Assembly: GCA_015067945.1 (NCBI GenBank)
Contig: SVLM01000004.1
Span: forward strand, 37,814-101,813
From: Oscillospiraceae bacterium
GTDB taxonomy: Bacteria > Bacillota > Clostridia > Oscillospirales > Oscillospiraceae
Direction of reading: 5' to 3'
Length of the DNA stretch: 64,000 nucleotides
Shown: in pieces, positions 38,501-47,278 of the stretch
How positions within the stretch are numbered: position 1 is the first letter of the stretch
Layout: every line of letters begins with the position of its first letter
Notes under the pieces: model-generated
The model's database searches: none
Seen by the model: only the letters and a program-made list of their open reading frames with translations
What the model was told of the DNA's origin: nothing
Program-made: the position numbers and the translations under genes

Positions 38501-38535
38501 AGTATGTGACCACCCAAAGTTTTACCGTTACTTAA
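35521..38535 (+). CDS. Receptor-like Hanks-type Ser/Thr kinase with acidic linker, TM and FN3-like ectodomain
   Basis: YIVK, YVDLKPSNIF, IGDLG, YTAPE, DTYAVG; Glu-rich tract; TM LIAALICFIVAASLFLGGYLYY; L.P.T.Y and VTW..P repeats. Confidence 0.8.
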   Translation: MPDPKLILPLLEGFLMGDAISEHHGVRCYPAMQENTGDKYIVKTVSVPADDSKLEALLLAGAFPDRAAAVAYYKGLAEGIEKEAALLQNLSQLEGFSGYEGWQIEPAENSESFDVCLLGKYRPTLERYLSRNPMTHLGAVNLGLDLCSALAVCRRSGYLYVDLKPSNIFICADNEYRIGDLGFISLPSLPYASLPEAYHSAYTAPEITDAYSALNDTLDTYAVGLILYQIYNNGQLPAVTPGSAEPLSAPEYADCEMATIILKACHPDPQERWQDPAQMGQALVNYMQCNTVNDEPIVPPAIAVEAEEEEVVVESVEEEPSTDEIISEVDQALEAVGVEIVAEETAEEETPSEETSTEEIPEEISEEIPGEVIEEIVEVENTEEELAAEVVEEENSFEEISEEVPEEDSLEDMLAQADDLIAHETPEPVVAPAPIEVPIPPRIVLTDEEPEEPEQIEEVQEEIREEAEVEETLEEEPVETEEEIFEEQEEYYEVEPAPAKRGKGLIAALICFIVAASLFLGGYLYYKYEYQQTIYSITFSGVEDRLAVDLHCDIDDELLTVVCTDAYGNTKRQNVIDGVAMFTGLVPDTRYKVEVEISGFHELLGKTSGIYVTAAETVISGLTAITGSENGSVILNFTVRGPESPQWQVFYSAEGEEERSVTCTGHVATINGLTVGKCYTFRVEPTTELYLIGTNTVEFTATEIIYPENLTIAGFVGNALTVTWNAPSGNAITTWTVRCYNDAGYDKTITVTDTIAVFEDLDRSAPYTVEVCAAGMSLGNRVSLAANSVTITEFIVDIDDPNKLPLRWTFEGNDPGCLWVVKYTVSGMNSPIFVSTEDPFIVIEPIVPGCTYTFEIQTANGDPVFDSTFSYTVPEAEAFSGYDISAEYFQFSMCLTPNKENWNRNDLKPSDYTNTFAVGQSASFSIRLTHEYNTSSDNITTLFVIRDAEGSLVQADARSQIWTSMWFQGYGTMTIPVMPQTPGAYTVEIYFNGQYVTTQSFTVT

Positions 38536-38537
38536 GC

Positions 38538-38577
38538 AAAATTCGGCAGTCAACCTCACTGACTGCCGAATTTTTTC
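38538..38577 (+). terminator. Intrinsic terminator
   Basis: AATTCGGCAGTCA-acctcac-TGACTGCCGAATT followed by TTTT. Confidence 0.85.
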
Positions 38578-38587
38578 AAATTTACTA

Positions 38588-38616
38588 TTGCATTATTCCA
38601 TCGGTCGTGGTATAAT
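38588..38616 (+). promoter_or_regulatory. SigA promoter of the aro operon
   Basis: TTGCAT-17-TATAAT with extended TG. Confidence 0.85.
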
Positions 38617-38646
38617 GTCCGCAACCACTGGATTGGGAGGTCAATT

Positions 38647-38709
38647 ATGAACCACACCGTGTTTGCCGCACAGTTTTATTACTATTACTTTTTTATGAAC
38701 AAAAGGTAA
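38647..38709 (+). CDS. Phe/Tyr-rich leader peptide MNHTVFAAQFYYYYFFMNKR
   Basis: RBS GGGAGG at 38635-38640; 7 consecutive Phe/Tyr codons (38674-38694) ahead of the aromatic biosynthesis operon. Confidence 0.9.
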   Translation: MNHTVFAAQFYYYYFFMNKR

Positions 38710-38797
38710 TAGCGATTTGTGCTGCAATCCATTGGACAGCTTTAGGTGTATTTTTAACTGCCGCACGGAAATCGCTTCTGTGCGGCATATTTTATTT
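38663..38797 (+). promoter_or_regulatory. Ribosome-dependent transcription attenuator
   Basis: Segment 1 TTGCCGCACA; segment 2 AGCGATTTGTGCTGCAA; segments 3/4 form the terminator TGCCGCACGGAA-atcgc-TTCTGTGCGGCA followed by TATTTTATTT. Confidence 0.85.
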
Positions 38798-38814
38798 GCG
38801 GGAGATGTTTAACC

Positions 38815-39816
38815 ATGATCGCTATTTTGAAACACGGAACTACCGCTCAGCAGGCCGAGCCTTTGATTGCCTGGCTGCGGAATATGAATTTGGATGTACA
38901 CATTTCGGAAGGTCAGGAGGTCACCATCTTAGGCCTCATCGGCGACACAAGCCGGGTGGATGCCGAGCTACTCAGCAGTTTAGAGATCGTAGAAAGCGTT
39001 AAACGGGTATCCGAACCCTTTAAGCAGGCTAATCGGAAATTCCACCCTCAGGACACGATCATTGAAGTGGGCAATGCCAAGATCGGCGGTGGACATTTTG
39101 CTATGATCGCCGGCCCGTGCTCCGTCGAATCCGAAGAGCAGATCATTGAAGTAGCCACAGCGGTCAAAGCTGCCGGTGCGGATATTCTCCGCGGCGGTGC
39201 GTTTAAGCCCAGAACCTCCCCCTATGCCTTCCAGGGCATGAAGGGTGAGGGTATCCGGCTGCTGCTGAAGGCCAAGGAGGTCACTGGCCTGCCCATCGTG
39301 ACGGAGATCATGAATATCCGGGCCTTGGAGCTGTTTGCGGATGTGGACATCATTCAGGTTGGTGCCCGAAATATGCAGAATTTTGATCTTCTGCAGGAAT
39401 TGGGCAAAACAGAGAAGCCTATTCTTCTCAAGCGGGGTCTGGCCAACACACTGCAGGAGCTGCTGATGAGTGCGGAATACATCATGAGTGAGGGTAACGA
39501 GAATGTGATTCTCTGCGAGCGGGGCATCCGCACATTTGAGACCTACACTAGAAACACGCTGGATCTTTCCGCTGTTTCTGTTCTGCACGACCTGAGCCAT
39601 CTGCCGGTGATCGTGGATCCCAGCCACGCAACAGGCAAGGCAAAGCTGGTGCCGCCCATGGCCTTGGCTGCCACAGCCGCCGGTGCTGACGGCATCATGG
39701 TGGAGGTGCACAACAATCCCGCCTGTGCTCTGTGCGACGGTGCTCAATCCCTGACGCCGGCACAGTTTGCTGAGCTCAACGCCAAGGTCGGCAAGCTTCG
39801 GGAGGCGATGGTGTGA
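38815..39816 (+). CDS. aroF: DAHP synthase (type I-beta, N-terminal ferredoxin-like regulatory domain)
   Basis: IAGPCSVES, RGGAFKPRTSPY.FQG, GARNMQNF, LKRG, VDPSH. Confidence 0.96.
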   Translation: MIAILKHGTTAQQAEPLIAWLRNMNLDVHISEGQEVTILGLIGDTSRVDAELLSSLEIVESVKRVSEPFKQANRKFHPQDTIIEVGNAKIGGGHFAMIAGPCSVESEEQIIEVATAVKAAGADILRGGAFKPRTSPYAFQGMKGEGIRLLLKAKEVTGLPIVTEIMNIRALELFADVDIIQVGARNMQNFDLLQELGKTEKPILLKRGLANTLQELLMSAEYIMSEGNENVILCERGIRTFETYTRNTLDLSAVSVLHDLSHLPVIVDPSHATGKAKLVPPMALAATAAGADGIMVEVHNNPACALCDGAQSLTPAQFAELNAKVGKLREAMV

Positions 39817-40643
39817 CAGTCGGAATTTTAGGCTTGGGTCTCATTGGCGGTTCCATGGCCAGAGCCTACGCCAAAGCCGGTCATACGGTGCTATCAGCCG
39901 ATACCGACACTGCCATGCTGGAATTTGCCAAGCTCAGCGGAGCAGCACACGGGATTTTGGATGACAGCACAATCGGCAGCTGTCAGCTGATTTTACTGGC
40001 CATTTATCCCAAGGGCTGTGCAGATTGGCTGGAAAGCCATGCCTGCAAAATCCGTCCCGATGCTTTAGTAATGGATCTTTGCGGCATCAAGGAAGAAATC
40101 TGCAAGCGGTGCTTTCCTTTAGCCGCACAATATGGTTTTACCTTTGTTGGCGGACATCCTATGGCTGGTTCTCACCATTCCGGTTTTAAGTACAGCCGCA
40201 GCAATCTGTTTCAGGGTGCCCCCATGGTGTTGGTGCCGCCGAAATTCGATGATATCGAACTGCTGCAGCGTGTAAAAGACAGTCTCTCCCCCTGCGGCTT
40301 TGGTCGTTTTTCCGTCTGCACCGCATCCGAGCACGACAGGCTCATTGCCTTCACATCCCAAATGCCCCATGTGCTGTCCAACGGTTATATCAAATCCCCC
40401 ACGGCCGCTTTCCATCAGGGATTTTCTGCCGGCAGCTACAAGGATCTGACCCGGGTAGCATGGCTCAATGCCCCTATGTGGGCGGAGCTGTGCATGGAAA
40501 ACAGAGAAAATATGCTCTTTGAGATCAGCACCTATATCGATCATCTTCAGGCCTATCAGAAAGCCTTGCAGGAGCAGGATCTTCCGGCTCTGACCACTTT
40601 GCTGGAGGAAGGCCGAAAACGCAAGGAGGAGGTAGACGGATGA
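39813..40643 (+). CDS. tyrA: Prephenate dehydrogenase
   Basis: GLGLIGGS, GGHPMAG, HD..IAFTSQMPH, DLTRVA. Confidence 0.94.
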   Translation: MTVGILGLGLIGGSMARAYAKAGHTVLSADTDTAMLEFAKLSGAAHGILDDSTIGSCQLILLAIYPKGCADWLESHACKIRPDALVMDLCGIKEEICKRCFPLAAQYGFTFVGGHPMAGSHHSGFKYSRSNLFQGAPMVLVPPKFDDIELLQRVKDSLSPCGFGRFSVCTASEHDRLIAFTSQMPHVLSNGYIKSPTAAFHQGFSAGSYKDLTRVAWLNAPMWAELCMENRENMLFEISTYIDHLQAYQKALQEQDLPALTTLLEEGRKRKEEVDG

Positions 40644-41674
40644 ACACGATCCGGATACAAGCTTCAAAAGAATACGATGTATGCATCGGTGACGGGCTGT
40701 TAAGCCGGTTGGGCGAGCTGGTCACTCAGGTGTGCAAGCCGCAAAAGATTGCCATCATCAGCGACAGCCATGTTTGGCCCCTGTACGGGCAAGTTACAAA
40801 AAACAGCCTGGAGCAGGCCGGTTTTCAGGTCGTAAATTATGTATTTCCTGCCGGAGAAAGCAGCAAAAACGGTGCAACCTATCTATCTGTTTTGAACTTT
40901 TTGGCAGAAAACCAGCTGACAAGAACTGACTGTATCATTGCCCTGGGTGGCGGTGTTGTGGGCGATCTTGCCGGGTTTGCGGCAGCTACCTATCTGCGGG
41001 GTATTGACTATATCCAGGTGCCGACCACCTTGCTGGCGGCGGTGGATTCCTCCGTTGGCGGAAAAACTGCCATTGATTTACCCGCAGGAAAGAATCTAGC
41101 CGGCTGCTTCTATCAGCCGAAGCTGGTTGTTTGTGACATTAACACCTTGAACACCCTCCCTGCCCCCATCTTCCGGGACGGCTGTGCGGAAGTGATCAAG
41201 TACGGTGTTTTATTTGACCCGGCACTGTTTGTGCACTTGGAGCACGCAGGCTGTGCCTTCGATCGCAAAACCGTCATCACCCGGTGCGTAGAGCTGAAAA
41301 ATACCGTGGTTGCGGAGGATGAATTTGATGCCGGGCGGCGAATGCTGCTGAATTTAGGCCACACAGTGGGTCATGGCATTGAGGCAGGCAGCAATTTCAC
41401 AATTTCTCACGGTCAGGCCGTCAGCATCGGTATGGCTATTGTGGCCCGAAGCTGCGGCTGTGGGGACGCTCAGCGGATCATCGGCTGTTTACAGCGGTTT
41501 GGACTTCCCACCAAAACGACACTGGATGCTCAGGTATTGGCCGAAGCGGCGCTTTCCGACAAGAAGCGTTCAGCCGATGCGGTCAAGCTGATCCTGCCCG
41601 AGCAAATCGGAAAATGCAGGATCGTGTCCACCCCGGTTGCACAATTACAATCTTTTATTGAAGCAGGACTTTGA
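40640..41674 (+). CDS. aroB: 3-dehydroquinate synthase
   Basis: GE.SK, ALGGGVVGDLAGF, PTTLLA.VDSSVGGKT, LNLGHT.GH. Confidence 0.96.
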   Translation: MNTIRIQASKEYDVCIGDGLLSRLGELVTQVCKPQKIAIISDSHVWPLYGQVTKNSLEQAGFQVVNYVFPAGESSKNGATYLSVLNFLAENQLTRTDCIIALGGGVVGDLAGFAAATYLRGIDYIQVPTTLLAAVDSSVGGKTAIDLPAGKNLAGCFYQPKLVVCDINTLNTLPAPIFRDGCAEVIKYGVLFDPALFVHLEHAGCAFDRKTVITRCVELKNTVVAEDEFDAGRRMLLNLGHTVGHGIEAGSNFTISHGQAVSIGMAIVARSCGCGDAQRIIGCLQRFGLPTKTTLDAQVLAEAALSDKKRSADAVKLILPEQIGKCRIVSTPVAQLQSFIEAGL

Positions 41675-41675
41675 T

Positions 41676-42863
41676 ATGGACATTACCATTCACCCCCAGC
41701 CTTTGCAGGGGCAAGTACAAATTATCCCCTCCAAATCTCAGGCACATCGACTGCTGATTTGTGCGGCATTTGCAGACAGGGAAACTGTCTTGGTATGCCC
41801 GGAAACGAACAATGACATTGCTGCCACCGCCGGTTGTCTGCAGGCTCTGGGTGCGAGAATCACCCGGACGGACGAAGGCTATCATGTAGTGCCCATCGCA
41901 GAAGCACCCAAAACCGCAGTGCTGAAATGCGGTGAAAGCGGCTCTACCCTGCGTTTTTTACTGCCTGTTGCAGGTGCGTTGGGTGTGGATACGGTCTTTG
42001 AAATGGAAGGCAGGCTGCCCCAGCGTCCCTTGTCCCCTCTTTGGGAGGAAATGGAACGGATGGGCTGCAAACTTGCATGGCTGGATGCCAATCGGCTTCG
42101 CTGCTCCGGTAAGCTTTCTGCCGGAGAGTATCGGATCGACGGTGGTGTGTCCAGTCAATTTGTCACCGGATTGCTCTTTGCAGCGACTTTAATGGACGGT
42201 GAAAGCTGGGTGACCATTCTGGGACAATTGGAGTCTTGCGGTTATGTGGATATGACCCTGCAAACGATGAAACGCTTTGGTGTGAAGTTTGACGGCTTTT
42301 CCGTTTCCGGAAAGCAGAAGTACCGTTCACCCGGCAGAATCGACGTGGAGGGCGATTGGAGCAACGCCGCATTTTGGCTGACTGCTCAAGCCTTGGGAAA
42401 TCCTGTTTCGGTTTTGGGTCTGGATGAGAAATCCGCTCAGGGCGATCGGGCCGTTGTGCCGCTCCTGAAGAAGCTGAGCAAAGCACATCAGGAAATTTGT
42501 GCTGAGGACATCCCGGATTTGGTTCCGGTTTTGGCCGTGGCGGCCTGTGCATTAAATGGAGCCACCTTTACCGGCATTCATCGGCTGCGGCTGAAGGAAT
42601 CCGACCGGGTAGCATCCACCATTGCTATGATTCAGCAACTTGGCGGCCACGCTGAGACCACAAACCACGCTCTGACCGTCTATCCCGGCACATTCCGGGG
42701 TGGCACAGTGGATACCTGCAACGACCATCGAATTGCCATGGCCGCAGCCATCGCCGCCACAGTATGCACAGAAGCAGTGACTGTTTTGGGAGCAGAATGT
42801 GTAACAAAATCTTATCCCGGTTTTTGGGAAGAATACAAACTTTTAGGAGGGCTTTATGGGTAA
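41676..42863 (+). CDS. aroA: EPSP synthase
   Basis: PSKS.AHR, GESGSTLRF, SSQF, LRLKESDR, DHRIAM, KSYP.FW. Confidence 0.95.
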   Translation: MDITIHPQPLQGQVQIIPSKSQAHRLLICAAFADRETVLVCPETNNDIAATAGCLQALGARITRTDEGYHVVPIAEAPKTAVLKCGESGSTLRFLLPVAGALGVDTVFEMEGRLPQRPLSPLWEEMERMGCKLAWLDANRLRCSGKLSAGEYRIDGGVSSQFVTGLLFAATLMDGESWVTILGQLESCGYVDMTLQTMKRFGVKFDGFSVSGKQKYRSPGRIDVEGDWSNAAFWLTAQALGNPVSVLGLDEKSAQGDRAVVPLLKKLSKAHQEICAEDIPDLVPVLAVAACALNGATFTGIHRLRLKESDRVASTIAMIQQLGGHAETTNHALTVYPGTFRGGTVDTCNDHRIAMAAAIAATVCTEAVTVLGAECVTKSYPGFWEEYKLLGGLYG

Positions 42864-43917
42864 TATCTACGGTGAAAACTTAAAACTCTCCATTTTTGGA
42901 CACTCTCACAGCGAATCGGTGGGTATGACCTTAGAGGGCATTCCTGCCGGTCTGCCGGTGAATATGGAGCAGTTGCTGGCGTTTTTAAAACGCAGAGCCC
43001 CGGGACAAAACGCCTGGTCCACGCCCCGTAAGGAAGCAGACCTACCGGAATTTACTGCCGGTCTGCACAATGGCTTTACCGACGGCAAGACTATCACGGC
43101 AGTGATTTACAATCGAAACACCCGTTCCGGTGACTACGGCAATGTATTATCCTGCCCCCGGCCGGGTCATGCAGATTTTACCTCCTATATCAAATACGGT
43201 GAGATTTTTCCCGGTGGCGGTCCCTTCTCCGGACGGCTGACAGCACCTATGTGCATTGCCGGTGGTATGTGTAAGCAATGGCTGGAGGCCATGGGGATTC
43301 GGATCGGTGCCCACATCCAAAAGATCGGCACCGTTGAGGATGAACAATTTGATGCCATGAAGCCGCAGCTGGAGGATGTGGGCAGTGCCTTCCCCACCCT
43401 CTCAGTAACGGCAGGAAGCGAAATGCAGGCACAAGTTGCCGCTGCCAGGGCGAAGCTTGACAGCTTGGGCGGCACAATTGAATGTGCCATTACCGGTTTG
43501 CCCGCAGGCATCGGCGAGCCTATGTTCGGTGGTATGGAAAACCGGATCGCACAGATTGTTTACGGCATTCCGGCTGTAAAGGGCTTGATCTTTGGCGACA
43601 TTCAGGCCACCGGCAGCGAAAACAACGATGCATTTACTATGGAAAACGGTGTAGTCCAAACGCTGACCAATCACTGCGGCGGCATTTTGGGCGGCATTAC
43701 CAATGGAATGCCGGTGCTCTTCCGGGTGGCAATCAAACCCACCCCCTCCATCGGAAAGCCCCAACAGACCGTGAACCTCCAAACCGGGGAAGTAACCGTC
43801 ATTCAGGTTCAGGGGCGGCACGATCCCTGCATCGTCCCCCGGGCAGTACCGGTGGTGGAAGCAGCAGCGGCAATCGCTTTGTATGATATGATTTTGAAAC
43901 AGGCAGACGAGAGGTAA
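42856..43917 (+). CDS. aroC: Chorismate synthase
   Basis: RPGHAD, SGRLTA, GGILGGITNG, KPTPSI, GRHDPCI. Confidence 0.95.
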   Translation: MGNIYGENLKLSIFGHSHSESVGMTLEGIPAGLPVNMEQLLAFLKRRAPGQNAWSTPRKEADLPEFTAGLHNGFTDGKTITAVIYNRNTRSGDYGNVLSCPRPGHADFTSYIKYGEIFPGGGPFSGRLTAPMCIAGGMCKQWLEAMGIRIGAHIQKIGTVEDEQFDAMKPQLEDVGSAFPTLSVTAGSEMQAQVAAARAKLDSLGGTIECAITGLPAGIGEPMFGGMENRIAQIVYGIPAVKGLIFGDIQATGSENNDAFTMENGVVQTLTNHCGGILGGITNGMPVLFRVAIKPTPSIGKPQQTVNLQTGEVTVIQVQGRHDPCIVPRAVPVVEAAAAIALYDMILKQADER

Positions 43918-43922
43918 TTATT

Positions 43923-45065
43923 ATGGATATTGCAGAACTTCGGGAACAAATTGACGGTATCGACGATCAGCTGGTGGCTCTGTTCGGCCAGCGGATGGCG
44001 ATATCCGCACAGATTGCTGACTACAAAAAGGAACATCATTTGCCGATCCTTGTGCCGAGCCGGGAGCGGGAGAAATTGGCGGATGTGGCCGAAAAAGCCG
44101 GCCCGGACATGGCGAACTATACCAGAGTGCTGTACTCCATGCTCTTCGAGCTGAGTCGCAGTTATCAAAGCAAGCTGGGTGATACGGCCACCGATCTGTA
44201 CAAGCAAATTACGAAAGCCATTGAGACCACACCCAAACTGTTCCCGCAGCAAGCTATGGTTGCTTGCCAGGGTGTGGAGGGTGCTTACTCTCAGATCGCC
44301 TGTGAAAAGATCTTCAAAAATCCCATGATTGTTTATTTCAAAAATTTCGAAGGCGTATTTACTGCCATTGAACAGGGACTGTGCCAGTACGGCATTTTGC
44401 CGATAGAAAATTCCACTGCAGGCTCTGTCAAGAAGGTCTATGACCTGATGATTCAGCACGATTTTTCCATCGTTCGGAGCTTCCGACTGAAAATTGATCA
44501 TAATCTACTGGTCAATCCGGGAACCAAACTGGAGAATATCAAGGAAATTTACTCCCACGAGCAGGCCATTAGCCAATGCAGCGAGTATCTGGCTGGGCTC
44601 AAGGGCGTGAAGCTGATCCCGGTGGAAAATACCGCAACCGCTGCAGAAATGGTCAGTCAAAGCGGCCGCAATGATGTGGCCGCCATCGCCAGCAGAAGCT
44701 GTGCAGAGCTTTACGGACTGGGTTGCCTGCAGGCAGCAATTCAGGATAAAGGCAACAACTACACCCGGTTCATCTGCATCAGCAAGGGTCTGCAGATCTA
44801 CCCCGGTGCTGACAAGACCAGTATCATGATGGTGCTCAACCACCGTCCCGGTGCCTTGTACAAGGTACTGGCCCGGATGTATGTTTTGGGCATCAATGTG
44901 ACAAAGCTGGAATCCAGGCCCCTACCTGACAGAGATTTTGAATTTATGTTTTATTTCGACCTGGATACTTCCATCTATTCTCAGGAGTTTGTGCAGCTGA
45001 TCTGTGAGCTGGACGATCTGTGCGACGAATTTAAGTATCTGGGCAGCTACAGTGAGGTTATCTGA
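43923..45065 (+). CDS. pheA: Chorismate mutase / prephenate dehydratase
   Basis: LREQID.ID; QGVEGAYS, PIENSTAG, NYTRF; ACT domain with ESRP. Confidence 0.95.
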   Translation: MDIAELREQIDGIDDQLVALFGQRMAISAQIADYKKEHHLPILVPSREREKLADVAEKAGPDMANYTRVLYSMLFELSRSYQSKLGDTATDLYKQITKAIETTPKLFPQQAMVACQGVEGAYSQIACEKIFKNPMIVYFKNFEGVFTAIEQGLCQYGILPIENSTAGSVKKVYDLMIQHDFSIVRSFRLKIDHNLLVNPGTKLENIKEIYSHEQAISQCSEYLAGLKGVKLIPVENTATAAEMVSQSGRNDVAAIASRSCAELYGLGCLQAAIQDKGNNYTRFICISKGLQIYPGADKTSIMMVLNHRPGALYKVLARMYVLGINVTKLESRPLPDRDFEFMFYFDLDTSIYSQEFVQLICELDDLCDEFKYLGSYSEVI

Positions 45066-46291
45066 TGGACTACGGTTTACTGGGCGAAAAATTGGGTCAC
45101 AGCTACTCGGCCATCATTCACAGCCGGTTGGGGGATTATTCCTACATTCACTTTGAGAAAAAGCCGGAGGAGCTGGATGCTTTTCTGAAAACCGGTAAAT
45201 TTGACGGTCTGAATGTTACGATCCCCTACAAAAAAGCCGTAATCCCCTACTGTGCGGAGCTGACGCCCCAGGCCCAGGCTTTGGGTGCAGTGAACACTCT
45301 CGTTCGCAAAAGTGACGGCAGTTTGTTGGGACACAACACCGATTATTTCGGCTTTGAAACCATGCTGAAGCATTCCGGGCTGAGTGTTTCCGGGAAGAAA
45401 GTGCTGGTGCTGGGCAGCGGTGGTGCGTCCAATGTGGCCGTGGCGGTTTTGCAGGCTCACGGAGCAATGACCGTGGTGATCTCCCGGCAGGGGCAGAATA
45501 ATTACGAAAATTTGCACCTGCACGCTGATGCGGCGGTGATCGTCAACGCCACCCCAGTGGGTATGTATCCCAACACGGACGCAGCTCCGGTGGATATTGC
45601 CCGGTTTCCAAGGCTGGAAGGTGTTCTGGATTTGATTTACAATCCGGCACGAACCCGTCTGCTGCAGGCAGCCGAAGACCGGGGTTTGATCACCGAAAAC
45701 GGCCTTTTGATGCTGGTCGCACAGGCAAAGGAGGCCAGCCAGTGGTTTACCGGAGAATCGATTTCTGACGAAAAGATTTTTGAAATTCACCAACAGCTGC
45801 GGCAGGCAGAAGAAAATATCATTTTGATTGGTATGCCCGGCAGCGGGAAGTCCACCGTCGGCAGGCTGCTGGCAGAAAAGACCGGCAAGGTCTTCGTGGA
45901 TGCGGACGCTTTGATTCCTGAACTGGCAGGCAAATCCATTGCAGAGGTCTTTGCTGAGGATGGCGAAGATGTGTTCCGTCAGCACGAAACCAAGGCACTT
46001 GCCTATCTGTGCAAAGAATCGGAGATTGTCGTCGCCACCGGCGGAGGCTGCGTGATGCGGCCGGAAAATGAAGCGATTCTGCGGCAAAACGGCATTATTT
46101 TCTGCCTGGAGCGGCGATTGGATTCTTTGGAAGCCGAGGGGCGGCCCCTGTCGCAGAGTGTTGGCGTAGCAGAGCTTTACCGGATTCGCCAGCCGAAATA
46201 TGCGGAACTTGCCGATTACTTCATTGATAACAACGGCACGCCCGAGGAAGCGGCCACTGCCATCTTGAAGATTTGGGAGGAACTGGAATGA
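45065..46291 (+). CDS. aroE: Shikimate dehydrogenase-shikimate kinase fusion (AroE-AroK)
   Basis: LGHSYS, NVTIPYK, NTD, GSGG; C-terminal IGMPGSGKST, ATGGG. Confidence 0.92.
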   Translation: MDYGLLGEKLGHSYSAIIHSRLGDYSYIHFEKKPEELDAFLKTGKFDGLNVTIPYKKAVIPYCAELTPQAQALGAVNTLVRKSDGSLLGHNTDYFGFETMLKHSGLSVSGKKVLVLGSGGASNVAVAVLQAHGAMTVVISRQGQNNYENLHLHADAAVIVNATPVGMYPNTDAAPVDIARFPRLEGVLDLIYNPARTRLLQAAEDRGLITENGLLMLVAQAKEASQWFTGESISDEKIFEIHQQLRQAEENIILIGMPGSGKSTVGRLLAEKTGKVFVDADALIPELAGKSIAEVFAEDGEDVFRQHETKALAYLCKESEIVVATGGGCVMRPENEAILRQNGIIFCLERRLDSLEAEGRPLSQSVGVAELYRIRQPKYAELADYFIDNNGTPEEAATAILKIWEELE

Positions 46292-46719
46292 AGATCATGG
46301 TCATCAATGGCCCGAACATCAATATGCTTGGTATTCGGGAACCGGATATCTACGGCAAAAGTACCTTTGCCGATTTGCTGTCCTTGATTGAAAAGACTGC
46401 CATAGCAGAAGGTTTGGAAATTGAACAATTCCAATCCAATCATGAAGGTGCGATTGTGGATAAGATCCAAGAATGCTACGGAAAGGTTAACGGCATTGTG
46501 ATCAACCCCGCTGCCTATACCCACACCTCAGTAGCCATTTTGGATGCCTTGAAATCCGTGGGGATCCCGGCGGTGGAGGTTCACATTTCTCAGGTCAGTG
46601 ACCGGGAGGCCTTCCGGCAGATTTCCTATCCGGGTATGTACTGCGAAAAAACCATCCAGGGCAAAGGCCTGGATGGCTACAAAGAAGCAATTTTGTATTT
46701 GAAAGAGAAATATGCGTAA
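46288..46719 (+). CDS. aroQ: Type II 3-dehydroquinate dehydratase
   Basis: NGPN.NMLG.REP.IYG, QSNHEG, INPAAYTHTS, EVHIS. Confidence 0.96.
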   Translation: MKIMVINGPNINMLGIREPDIYGKSTFADLLSLIEKTAIAEGLEIEQFQSNHEGAIVDKIQECYGKVNGIVINPAAYTHTSVAILDALKSVGIPAVEVHISQVSDREAFRQISYPGMYCEKTIQGKGLDGYKEAILYLKEKYA

Positions 46720-46768
46720 GAATAGGCCGCAGCACCAGTTTGGTGCTGCGGTATTAATGTATTTTCAC

Positions 46769-47069
46769 TTACTGGGTTTTCTTGCTTCCTATTCTGATAA
46801 TTGCCCAAATACCCCAACCAAAACCACAGACAATAAGCCAAATAAATGAAAAAGCAGAAAGGACGCCATATGCAAATCCCTCCCATGCTCCGAGAGATTC
46901 CCCCAAAAAAATACAAAACAATTGAGGAAATAACCAGCAGGATCATCGGTATTAATTTGAGGAATATATTTTTCGCCTTAAAACAAAGGACAAGCTGCAC
47001 AGTTAGAAACAGAATGGAGCCAATGATGACAATAACGAATGGTGAATCAAAAAGATTCAAATTATTCAT
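46769..47069 (-). pseudogene. Small 3-TM membrane protein gene with a one-base frameshift in a homopolymer run
   Basis: Removing one base from the C5A7 run (46900-46911) gives ..GESLGAWEGFAYGVLSAFSFIWLIVCGFGWGIWAIIRIGSKKTQ* ending before the terminator at 46727-46751. Confidence 0.6.
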
Positions 47070-47174
47070 AGCTGGTTCCTCCTTTGTCATATTCCACCTA
47101 AGTGCTATTTTTATATTAATACATTCCATTTAAAATCGCAAGAACCCCGGCAGGTTGAAGCCTGCCGCGGGGTA

Positions 47175-47267
47175 CGGACGAGCGATGCTCGCCCCTACGA
47201 GTTCTGACGGTAGGATGTGTAGAGGCGGCCATTGGCCGTCCGCGGGCGATTCGTGAATCGCCTCTAC
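47175..47267. repeat. 93-bp GTAG-type REP (REPIN-like) module, copy B
   Basis: Same arms and length as 16756-16848, with a different spacer. Confidence 0.8.
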
Positions 47268-47278
47268 GATATCATTTT

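Noticed and set aside
45065-46291. AroE-AroK fusion
   Set aside because: Fusions of this kind are common in Clostridia
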